64,000 nucleotides of DNA from contig JAFGGZ010000032.1 of NCBI GenBank assembly GCA_016939415.1, positions 1,815 through 65,814 on the forward strand, read 5' to 3'. The position numbers and the translations under genes are program-made. Shown piece after piece: positions 1 through 7,615 of the stretch. Under the pieces are notes generated by a model that was given only the letters and a program-made list of their open reading frames with translations, did not search any database and had not been told where the DNA came from. Each line of letters begins with the position of its first letter. Positions within the stretch are counted from its first letter, which is position 1. This DNA is from Candidatus Iainarchaeum sp. Lineage in GTDB: Archaea; B1Sed10-29; WALL01.

Positions 1-266
1 TTTACGTCTATGTTATCTATTTTGTGGCTCATTGACCGGTAGGTTTCTTCGAGCTTGGAGATCCTGTCCTGGATAGTGAGGAGGGGGTGCTCGACCGTAG
101 GACTGTATACCTGCTCCTCTGGACGTCCGCCGCGGGTCAGAGACACGGTTTTTACGTTCCCGTAATTATTCTCGTTGTATTCTACGGTTTCATTGCTCTC
201 TAGATGCTTTTTTGAGCTTTTTCCTTCTTTTGAGAGCTGTTTTCTGAGCCAATTCCCGATGCCCAT
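1..266 (-). CDS. Hypothetical protein, runs off the left edge, probable coiled coil
   Basis: Manual translation from ATG 266 is open to the edge (MGIGNWLRKQLSKEGK...LLTIQDRISKLEETYRSMSHKIDNIDV); TTTATA box upstream on the minus strand at about 290-295; absent from the ORF track. Confidence 0.7.
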   Translation of the reverse strand, partial: MGIGNWLRKQLSKEGKSSKKHLESNETVEYNENNYGNVKTVSLTRGGRPEEQVYSPTVEHPLLTIQDRISKLEETYRSMSHKIDNIDV

Positions 267-310
267 AGCGTGACTTATGGGTATTCTTCTATAAATTCCT
301 TTGCTTTTCG

Positions 311-355
311 AGTTGACGTGTCAACTGACGTGTCAGATGCGTCAACTGACGCGTC
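311..355. promoter_or_regulatory. Array of overlapping TGACG(T/C)GTCA palindromes, putative protein-binding sites
   Basis: AGTTGAC-GT-GTCAACT (311-326), CTGAC-GT-GTCAG (325-336), then GCGTCA-AC-TGACGC; just upstream of the TATA of the 1-266 gene. Confidence 0.65.
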
Positions 356-475
356 GTCTCCGCGTGCGTAGCAGGTCGTGGTTGGGATTTGCGTGCGCAG
401 GAGAAGGCAAATCAATCGTCTGAACAGTGTTCAAACAAATCTATTCCTCCCTCTCCTCGTTTTTGCAATAGTTCT

Positions 476-824
476 CTCACTTCTTACTGCACTTCTCTTG
501 TACTCTCACTTTGTAGTTTTGTCAGTGCTTTTGTTTTGTTTCTTGCGCGTTTTCCCTCACTTTCTGCGTTCGCTTGCTGGTGCGGGTGTTCATCTGCCGG
601 GATTTCTCTCTTTCGTGCTTTTCGCGCCGCTTTCCTCACTTCTGGCTTTTTTTGTGGCTGCTTCCCTAGATCCTACACGCACTTTTCGGCTTTCTGCGCG
701 TGTTTTCTCACTTCTCTCTTTTTTGCGTTGTTCTGATGCCTTCTTGCATTGCTTTTTCCTTTGGGGTGCGTGCTGTTTCTCACTTTTTCTCCCAGCTGGC
801 GCAGCTGACTTTGAACCCTCACTT
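476..824 (+). repeat. Seven direct CTCACTT repeats in a pyrimidine-rich non-coding tract
   Basis: Copies start at 476, 505, 556, 635, 707, 779 and 818; four are preceded by a GCG(C/T)-rich run and a T-run. Confidence 0.7.
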
Positions 825-903
825 TTCCTCAACCCTCAATGCATGTGCAAAATATACTTTGGTGAGTATTGTTTGTATAAGATTCTTTTCACAATAGGTT
901 TTT

Positions 904-917
904 GATAGTATACTATC
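904..917. promoter_or_regulatory. Perfect 14-bp palindrome GATAGTATACTATC, possible operator
   Basis: Exact inverted repeat in the AT-rich region upstream of the wHTH gene at 970. Confidence 0.5.
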
Positions 918-969
918 CAACAAATCGTTAAGCTTATATTCTACTGAACATATACATTCGGCTAGGGTA

Positions 970-1257
970 ATGCTCATGGATTCGAGTTTCTTTTTACGGG
1001 AGAAGCCGGTCAGGGTTTTAATAGCCTTGTCTGACAAATCTAGGTCGTGGTATGCTCATTTGCTTTCGAAAGAGGTTGATGTGACTTACGCTCATCTTAT
1101 CAATGTTTTGGATGCGCTTTCTGTCGCGGGGTTGGTTTCTTTTGAGCGTGAGGGCCGCATAAAGCTTGTGAGGATTACTGATGACGGTTTGGAGCTTGCT
1201 AAGGACTTTGAAACTGTTGTTAGGCGCTTGTCAAAGCTTTCCAAGTCTGGGAAATAG
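970..1257 (+). CDS. Winged-helix DNA-binding protein (MarR/ArsR-like)
   Basis: YAHLLSKEVDVTYAHLINVLDALSVAGLVSFEREGRIKLVRITDDG is a wHTH plus wing. Confidence 0.85.
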   Translation: MLMDSSFFLREKPVRVLIALSDKSRSWYAHLLSKEVDVTYAHLINVLDALSVAGLVSFEREGRIKLVRITDDGLELAKDFETVVRRLSKLSKSGK

Positions 1258-1289
1258 TCTTTGTCTTTTGCCCAAACGTTTTGGGTTTT

Positions 1290-1760
1290 TTATATGCCGA
1301 GGGCGATGACGGTCATGAGGAGGAGTTCTTCCTCTTCTTCGAGCATGTCCTGGTAGTGGCCACTGAGGCCTTTGCCGATGCTGGATAGTATGGGGACGTA
1401 AACGCCGAGGGGGGCGATTTTCCCTATTTCTTTGTTGTCTTTCAGTATTTTGAATTCTTGCTGGAGGATGGTTTCGTGTTCGTGTATGTCGAATAGTTTT
1501 TTGGCTTTGCGGTATACGTCGAAGTGGCTCATGATGCCGAGGCGTTCTTTGATTGAGCCGATGTACTCCCCGTTTTTGTAGATTTTTGCTGTGCGGACGA
1601 TGAGGCCGGAGCGGATTATTGAGTATTTTGCGTTGAACCACTTGACTTCAAGTATGTCTTTGTAGAACGGCCTGTTGATTGAGATTAGGTCTGTTTGTTT
1701 TTTCCTGCGCACTCTCAGCTGTGCACCGGTCAGTCCAGAGAGTAGCTCGAATTCGACCAT
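1290..1760 (-). CDS. Hypothetical protein, possibly Tubby C-terminal/LURP-one-like
   Basis: Repeated beta-hairpins (KIYKNGEYIGSIK, KILKDNKEIGKI) and a hydrophobic C-terminal helix ELLLMTVIALG. Confidence 0.55.
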   Translation of the reverse strand: MVEFELLSGLTGAQLRVRRKKQTDLISINRPFYKDILEVKWFNAKYSIIRSGLIVRTAKIYKNGEYIGSIKERLGIMSHFDVYRKAKKLFDIHEHETILQQEFKILKDNKEIGKIAPLGVYVPILSSIGKGLSGHYQDMLEEEEELLLMTVIALGI

Positions 1761-1785
1761 GCGTTATGCAACTCGGTTTCGGTAT

Positions 1786-2145
1786 TTATTGCTTGCGTTC
1801 TGTTTGCCAGCGTTTGATGAAGCTGTTCCAGATGTCCGTCATTTCCCTGCACCGGTTGCCGAATTGTTCGCTGAGCATCCACTCGCCTTCGCGCTTGGTT
1901 ATCATGCCGGCGTCGCGGAGTTTGTTGAGCATGGTGTAGTACTCTTGGTGTGTGCATGAGAGGCTGCGTTGGGTTTCTGCCCAGTCCTTGTCGGGGATGC
2001 GTTTTTTTTCTATGATGGTGTAGATGAAGGCTTCTGCTTTTTTCGCGAGTTCGGGTTTGCGGAAGTACAGCCCCTCCAGGATTGTTCTCAAGTCCGGTAT
2101 CCGCTCTCTGGCGCGCATCTTGATGGTGGTTTCGTATTTCGTCAT
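1786..2145 (-). CDS. Winged-helix domain protein
   Basis: SCTHQEYYTMLNKLRDAGMITKREGEWMLS; GGTGA SD before ATG 2145. Confidence 0.75.
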   Translation of the reverse strand: MTKYETTIKMRARERIPDLRTILEGLYFRKPELAKKAEAFIYTIIEKKRIPDKDWAETQRSLSCTHQEYYTMLNKLRDAGMITKREGEWMLSEQFGNRCREMTDIWNSFIKRWQTERKQ

Positions 2146-2152
2146 TGGGGGG

Positions 2153-2473
2153 TCACCTGATTGTTTCTTTGGGTCGGACCGCACGCTTCCTCGTGTTCTG
2201 GATTCTTCGCGCGAGTTCTGCGGTGGGTTGCAGTTCGTTGATTTGTGTTTCCAGTTCTCTACAGAGTGATTGCAGTTCCTGGATTCGCTGCAGGTTATCC
2301 CTTTCGGGCGTCATGCTCTTGAGCGATCCCACCACCCTCAGGCGCAGCCGCTCCAAATCCCTGTGCAGCTCTCCTGCCCTCAACACGTTTTCCATGTCTG
2401 TTGCATTGGGGTCTGGGGTGTGTTTGTCTGCTATCCTGCCGAGCTCGATTCCGAGTTCGTCGAGTTCGTCCAT
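2153..2473 (-). CDS. Hypothetical helical/coiled-coil protein
   Basis: MDELDELGIELG... heptad pattern; operon-like spacing. Confidence 0.55.
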   Translation of the reverse strand: MDELDELGIELGRIADKHTPDPNATDMENVLRAGELHRDLERLRLRVVGSLKSMTPERDNLQRIQELQSLCRELETQINELQPTAELARRIQNTRKRAVRPKETIR

Positions 2474-2484
2474 GGCTCCGCCGT

Positions 2485-2697
2485 TTAGCGGGGGTCTCTT
2501 TCCCAGTCGTTTCCCACCCCCTCCCATTTCCTCTCAAGCAGGTCAAGTTTCAGTATGGTCGACGCGTTGCTCTTCTCTGTTGATAGGAACCGATGCGCTT
2601 CGTTTACCAGCGATTTGTTCGCGCCCGCGTTCTCCAAGGCTCGTACTATTTCTTTTATGCGACCAAGGTGCGCTTCGTGCTGTCCGATTATTCCCAT
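2485..2697 (-). CDS. Small hypothetical protein
   Basis: GGTGAAGG SD before ATG 2697 (MGIIGQHEAHL...). Confidence 0.5.
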   Translation of the reverse strand: MGIIGQHEAHLGRIKEIVRALENAGANKSLVNEAHRFLSTEKSNASTILKLDLLERKWEGVGNDWERDPR

Positions 2698-2964
2698 GCC
2701 TTCACCAGCTGTGTTTTTGGTTGTTGTTCTTTGGGTGCGGCAGGCAATATAATTGTTATAGTTGATGTCCAACCGGGTCGTTTGGTTGTTTTCCAGCAAC
2801 CACTCCCGGGTTTGCTTCTTATCTTAATGCTGGGTTTGTCGGCTCCCCGAAGCTTGTTTGCGCAGGAAATGCATTGAGGATTGAGCATCCCCGCCGTCTA
2901 TTATTACTTGATGCCTTAATGCCTCGCGTAATTTTATAAACTCTGCGTCCGTAAGTATGTTTGC

Positions 2965-3861
2965 ATGCCACAAGAGAAGAAAGCGTCGAAGGGCCGGTTC
3001 TCGTTTTTAGGCGCGCCTTTGCGCAGCGGGGAGAACATTGCGTTCATCAAGGCGGGCGGCTACAAGTCGGTTTACGGCGTTGGCCCGGTGGTTAAGCTGT
3101 TGCCCCCCAAATCAGAGCGCCAGCGGTTGCGTGCCGGTGGGCGGAGGGTCGATTTGGTTCCCAGCATTCTCATGAATCGCGTCATCAAGGTGTTTGATCG
3201 GGGCGAGGAGGCCATGGCTCGCTCTGTTGACAAAGAAGAGCTCAAGAGAGAGCAGCACTTACTTGCGCGTTTGAGGGACCTTGTGCCGATGCCCCGCACG
3301 CTTGCCAGGGTTTTCCCAGAGGAGCATGGGGATCCGCGTCATGGCCGCGTTGACATTGATGAGTATGCTGGAGTGGATTATGAGGCGAGGTACCGCACGC
3401 TCGCTGACATGAAGCAGCCGAAGTTCATGAAGGATCTTGAGGAGATCGTGGAGATGGCTTTGCGGGCCAAGGCATCGGCCGGCGTTGTTATCGACATATC
3501 GAAGCTCGATAACTTTTGTGATGGTGTGTGTCTCAACGAGGTGAGGAAGGGTCACAGCGTTGAATTCGTTCCTTCTCCTGAGAAGAAGATTTACGTGGAC
3601 AAGGACACTGCCCAGATGAGCTTTACCACGCGTTCTCCACGCCCTTATGAGAATGCGAACCAGCAGCTGGCTTCTTACCTGGGTCATTTGGTGGGCACGA
3701 TTCTGGAGAAGGAGGCCAAGGAGGCAAAGAGCCGCACTATCTCCCGCGGTGCCGAGCGGTTGGTTGTGAAGAAGCTTCACGCATTCTTCCCCACTGAAGC
3801 CAAGGAGCTGGAGAGGCAATTCAAGCGCGTGCTTGACGACTACAAGGAAGAGCATAAGTAG
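2965..3861 (+). CDS. Protein kinase-like fold orphan
   Basis: GGYKSVY loop, VVK lysine, DISKLDN catalytic-loop-like motif, IYVD; TATA at 2933-2940. Confidence 0.6.
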   Translation: MPQEKKASKGRFSFLGAPLRSGENIAFIKAGGYKSVYGVGPVVKLLPPKSERQRLRAGGRRVDLVPSILMNRVIKVFDRGEEAMARSVDKEELKREQHLLARLRDLVPMPRTLARVFPEEHGDPRHGRVDIDEYAGVDYEARYRTLADMKQPKFMKDLEEIVEMALRAKASAGVVIDISKLDNFCDGVCLNEVRKGHSVEFVPSPEKKIYVDKDTAQMSFTTRSPRPYENANQQLASYLGHLVGTILEKEAKEAKSRTISRGAERLVVKKLHAFFPTEAKELERQFKRVLDDYKEEHK

Positions 3862-3915
3862 TGCTACCGCACGTTTTTTAAACCCGCTTTACCCATTATC
3901 TACCGGTGATTCCAT

Positions 3916-4377
3916 ATGTTTTTCGCAGTGTCGGCCGCAAAACCCCGCGGAGGCGGTGAAAGGCCCCTGAGCCGCAGACGGATTGAGGAGGCAGTCCGCA
4001 GCAGTCCAGAAGCGCGGTTGGCGCGGCGCCGTGCTTACCTTAATGTGCAAGTGGATTCACTGAATGATCACATAAACCAACTCTTGGTCTTGCAAGAGCC
4101 TCCCAAAGCAGAAACCCTTGAAGAGCGAACACATCGGGAGGCGATATTCAAAGCGCATGCTGAACAGGTTCTCAGCCCGTTCGATCAGGCAAAGAGTTCG
4201 CTCGAGAGGATGAATGATCACCTTGCAGGCCAGGGGACCGCAGTGCCCGTCCACATCACAGCCGAAGTCCGATCCGCGGGAAAAGCGATAGCTGAAGCAG
4301 AGGCGTACCTGACGCGCTTGAGAAGCGAGAACCCGGAGCTTTTCAACTACATTTTGCGCCAGCGCAGGGGTCTGTGA
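3916..4377 (+). CDS. Hypothetical helical protein
   Basis: 153-aa ORF with GGTGA SD and upstream TATA. Confidence 0.6.
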   Translation: MFFAVSAAKPRGGGERPLSRRRIEEAVRSSPEARLARRRAYLNVQVDSLNDHINQLLVLQEPPKAETLEERTHREAIFKAHAEQVLSPFDQAKSSLERMNDHLAGQGTAVPVHITAEVRSAGKAIAEAEAYLTRLRSENPELFNYILRQRRGL

Positions 4378-4387
4378 CGGCGCTTCC

Positions 4388-4807
4388 ATGCCGCGGCCTG
4401 GCATCCACAAGCTCGTCGCGCGTCACGCAGAGCTCAGCGAACGCCTTCACCAAGAGATTCTCCAGAGTTTCGAGGAAGGCGGCCTCACGGGCGATCGGTA
4501 CAAGCCATTCCAAAGCCTTAGGGAAGAGCACAACAGCGTGATGAACTCTATCATGCAGCAGCTGAAGAAGTCGATTCCCAAGAAAAGTCTTTCCAGCGCC
4601 ATCCCCCTGCTTTCATTGCTGGAGATGGAGCACGCGAACAGTCTCTCGCTTGTCGATGAGGTGCTGAACAATAACATGGATTGCGAGACCTACGACCGCG
4701 AGCACGCGAAGCGATCAGAGATCCTGGGCAGAGTGCTTTCCACTCTGCTCGAAGAAGCCGGCTGCAAGAAGCAAGGCCGGAAGTTCGGTGGCATTGGGTA
4801 TTCCTAG
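4388..4807 (+). CDS. Hypothetical four-helix protein, hemerythrin-like His pattern
   Basis: LVARH, LREEH, LEMEH and YDREH motifs. Confidence 0.5.
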   Translation: MPRPGIHKLVARHAELSERLHQEILQSFEEGGLTGDRYKPFQSLREEHNSVMNSIMQQLKKSIPKKSLSSAIPLLSLLEMEHANSLSLVDEVLNNNMDCETYDREHAKRSEILGRVLSTLLEEAGCKKQGRKFGGIGYS

Positions 4808-5175
4808 ACCACGCGCAGCGTCGCCTTGCACTCTTCTTTTTTCTGCGATTTGTCGAAGCGCTCGTCGTGCTCCCTGACAACCACGCTCATGTCGTACATG
4901 CCCGGCTGTATGCGGCGCTTTCCGAACACTGTGAATACCGCGTCTTTGGCCCGGTTCGGCTCTACATTTGCTATGCGCACGCGCTTCTCCTTCATGACGA
5001 ACGCCGCGTCGAAACCGAGTTCTGAAGGCAGTTTCAGCGTCACTGAATAGTTCTTGTTTATCGCGCTCTTGTTCCTCACTTCCACGTGCATGACTACGGG
5101 TTGGTTCTCTGCCGCCATCATGCGAATCGGCGTGAAAGAGGTCCTGACTTGCATTGTGTCGAATTCCTCTGGCAT
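4804..5175 (-). CDS. Cytoplasmic Ig-like beta-sandwich protein
   Basis: VMHVEVRNKS...YSVTLKLP...PGMYDMSVVV; GAGGTG SD before ATG 5175. Confidence 0.65.
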   Translation of the reverse strand: MPEEFDTMQVRTSFTPIRMMAAENQPVVMHVEVRNKSAINKNYSVTLKLPSELGFDAAFVMKEKRVRIANVEPNRAKDAVFTVFGKRRIQPGMYDMSVVVREHDERFDKSQKKEECKATLRVV

Positions 5176-5232
5176 TTGATAGCACCTCGCTAACAGCAAC
5201 CTTATTATGAATGCATTCCATTAAATAGTTTT

Positions 5233-5697
5233 ATGATTCCAGAGTCCGAACTCATCGACGGGACGTACGTGCTGAGGGACATGCGCCTCACGAACGAGGT
5301 CCGCCTCACGAAGCAGAGCCTGCTGCGCTGGCTCGCTCTCGCTCTGGGTCTGCTGAGCCCCGAAGAGTCGCGCATGGGTTTCGTGCCTGTCATGGATGCG
5401 TTCCTGTCCTTCCAGCTCGCTGAGTCCCGCAGCCCCACTGTAAAGGATCTCGCCGAGCGCAGCCAGCAGCCGGAAAAGGCAGTGCGCTACCACATGAACC
5501 GCCTTGTATCCACGGGCCTGGTGCGCTGCGACAAGCGCAGGTACTGCTTTGTCCGCGACTCAGCCAGCGATGCCCTGAACCTGCCCAAAGCCTTCAGGGA
5601 GCACTACTCTGACAGGCTCGTGAAAAGCGCTTCAACAGTAGAGTCTGCGTTGTCCGAGCTGCAGCGCGCTTACTCGTCAAGGAGCAACCAAGGCTAA
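5233..5697 (+). CDS. Winged-helix (ArsR-like) DNA-binding protein
   Basis: PTVKDLAERSQQPEKAVRYHMNRLVSTGLV. Confidence 0.85.
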   Translation: MIPESELIDGTYVLRDMRLTNEVRLTKQSLLRWLALALGLLSPEESRMGFVPVMDAFLSFQLAESRSPTVKDLAERSQQPEKAVRYHMNRLVSTGLVRCDKRRYCFVRDSASDALNLPKAFREHYSDRLVKSASTVESALSELQRAYSSRSNQG

Positions 5698-6217
5698 ATG
5701 CACGCAACAACCCCCGGAAACACCGCTTATGAACGCCGAGCAAAACGCGCTGGGTTTGGTTACAGACTAACTTATCCCTACCAGAAAACGAATAAATCGA
5801 TATTAAAAAAGCAAAAGACAATTATGAGTCCATTATATTAAGCTAATCCTTTTCGGAGCTCATTTTGCTCGTTAACGCTATTCTCTCTGAAAAGTATGTG
5901 CAACAACATCTATTGTCTATTGTATCATTACAATGATATACTATGACAAATATACAACTCAAAAACATCAATTTACCATATATTTTCTGGAATGCATTTT
6001 TAAAATCCTTTGCTCACTATCCCCCTCCCTCCGAGCAGCAGTGGAATGGGCATCAATAGCCTGTGCTGCTTGTTCCGCGCGTGTTTTTTGTTTCGTGTTC
6101 TTGTTGGCTGTCCTCAGTCCTCTGTTCAGGCTGCGGGTTTTTCCACACCAGCACGCTTGTATGATTTTTGCACAATTTTAGGGGTGTTGGTTTCACCCCC
6201 CGGAACTCTAGCTAATC
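5698..6217. other. 520-bp non-coding region between convergent genes with an AT-rich core; candidate replication origin
   Basis: AT-rich about 5790-6010, nested inverted repeats 5919-5938, A-rich left flank and T-rich right flank. Confidence 0.4.
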
Positions 6218-6793
6218 TCACGGAAACATCGTACGGCTGCGGATTGGTGGTTTCAGCATCGCTTCGATTTCGTCCCTGCGTGGGTGATGCGTTAGTCTTT
6301 TGTGTATGTCTTCGTAGTGAACGCCGGGGTACCACTTCATCATGGCGTCTGTGATACCGATGAGCGAGCGTTTTGTCGGAGCGGCTCTGCTTGCGCGCTC
6401 GAATAGGGCCGCGTCTATGAATTCGTCCAACCGGTCCCGGCCGATATACTTGTTGATGTATATGTTTATCGTGGTTTGTGATATTCCCCGGTAACCCACT
6501 TGTCTCCGCAGCGCTTTTACGACCTCGGCTGGGACGACATGCATCTTAGAGAGTAGCTGTAAGTCGGTTTCCATTTCTATGAGGTCGATTGCGGTGGTTT
6601 GTGTGCGCGGCCGCTCTGGCGCGAGAATGTCTTCAATGTCTGCTTTGTATATGCGCGTGTTGTGCTCGTCTTGGATTGCGCTTATTATGTCTGCAGTGCT
6701 CTTTCCGCGTTTGTGCATCTCAAGCACGCTGCCGATCACTTTTTTGCCGTAAATCAGCCCGACTCTCTTTTCTGCGTTCGGGTTCGTGTTCAT
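6218..6793 (-). CDS. Hypothetical protein with tandem HTH-like units
   Basis: KSTADIISAIQDEH.., VPAEVVKALRRQVGYRGISQTTI.., SLIGITDAMMKWYPGV; ATGA overlap with the translin gene. Confidence 0.6.
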   Translation of the reverse strand: MNTNPNAEKRVGLIYGKKVIGSVLEMHKRGKSTADIISAIQDEHNTRIYKADIEDILAPERPRTQTTAIDLIEMETDLQLLSKMHVVPAEVVKALRRQVGYRGISQTTINIYINKYIGRDRLDEFIDAALFERASRAAPTKRSLIGITDAMMKWYPGVHYEDIHKRLTHHPRRDEIEAMLKPPIRSRTMFP

Positions 6794-7353
6794 CGCCTCT
6801 GCCGTATCCTTGCTTCTACAAGGGTTTGGTGCAGTGATTCGAGGGATCTTTTCATGGCGTCCTGTTTCGCTTTCAGTCCGGGCGCCAGGCTTTTCGGGAA
6901 TGCGAGGCCTTCCATTGAGTAGTACGTGTCTTCCATTCGCTTGAACAGCTTTTCTGCTGCGGCGTAATCGTCTTCCTTCAGTAGGTCCATGCAAACGCGC
7001 TTCGCCTCGCCTATGGCATCCAGCGCGCCGAGTATGTACGCGTCTGCGGGCACACAGAGTTCTGGCAGGTCCTTGTTTTTCTTGAAGGCGATGAGCATCT
7101 CCAGTTCAACGTACTCCTGGTACGGTGTCGCGAGCAGGCTTCTCAGCCCGGGCCGCTTTTTGGCTTCGGCTTCCAGGCGATGCAGGTCTTTCCTTATCCT
7201 CTCAAGGCGTTTTTTTGCAGCGGCTTCATCGTGCACGTGCATTTCGCGTATGGCTTTGGCGCACTCTATGACAATGCCTCTGCTTGTGGGCATCCACTTC
7301 TCGCGCTCTGCTTGCAGTGTCAAAAGCTCTTTTTCTGCTTTCTTGATGTTCAC
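6790..7353 (-). CDS. Translin family protein
   Basis: YQEYVE and YILGALDAIGEAKR motifs; GTG start overlapping the upstream stop. Confidence 0.85.
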   Translation of the reverse strand: MNIKKAEKELLTLQAEREKWMPTSRGIVIECAKAIREMHVHDEAAAKKRLERIRKDLHRLEAEAKKRPGLRSLLATPYQEYVELEMLIAFKKNKDLPELCVPADAYILGALDAIGEAKRVCMDLLKEDDYAAAEKLFKRMEDTYYSMEGLAFPKSLAPGLKAKQDAMKRSLESLHQTLVEARIRQRR

Positions 7354-7553
7354 TTTCCTTCCCCCGCTGCCTTGTTCAGTGCCTTCAGCATCTTGCTGAC
7401 ATCGATGCCGTGCGCTGCGCAGCCCTGCTCCAGGTTTTCGAATCTTGCTGCGGCGCAGCCGATGCAGTGCAGCCCGAACTCCTGGAACACGCTGATTGTC
7501 TGAGGCCACTTGCTCACTATCTCCATTATCGGCATGTCCTTGGTTATCTTCAT
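7350..7553 (-). CDS. DUF1858 redox-disulfide domain protein
   Basis: ITKDMPIMEIV...FGLHCIGCAAARFENLEQGCAAHGID. Confidence 0.85.
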   Translation of the reverse strand: MKITKDMPIMEIVSKWPQTISVFQEFGLHCIGCAAARFENLEQGCAAHGIDVSKMLKALNKAAGEGK

Positions 7554-7615
7554 TTTAACCACTCAATGTGTTTTCTCCAGCGCCCCTTAAAAACATTTCT
7601 GCACATAATCCGGGC

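Noticed and set aside
470-830. Degenerate CRISPR array (72-80 bp period)
   Set aside because: The conserved core is only 7 bp, spacers are low-complexity and uneven, and no cas genes are present
378-905. 175-aa hydrophobic ORF as a membrane protein
   Set aside because: The A-poor, T/C-rich tract suppresses stops and yields F/L/S codons; no SD or family motif
2688-2888. 66-aa CxxC ORF as a zinc-finger gene
   Set aside because: Single CxxC, overlaps the SD and start of the next gene, no other support; left uncalled
5711-6205. CCCCCGGAA direct repeat (5711 and 6197) as att sites or target duplication
   Set aside because: 9 bp, GC-rich, and no integrase or transposase; chance is plausible
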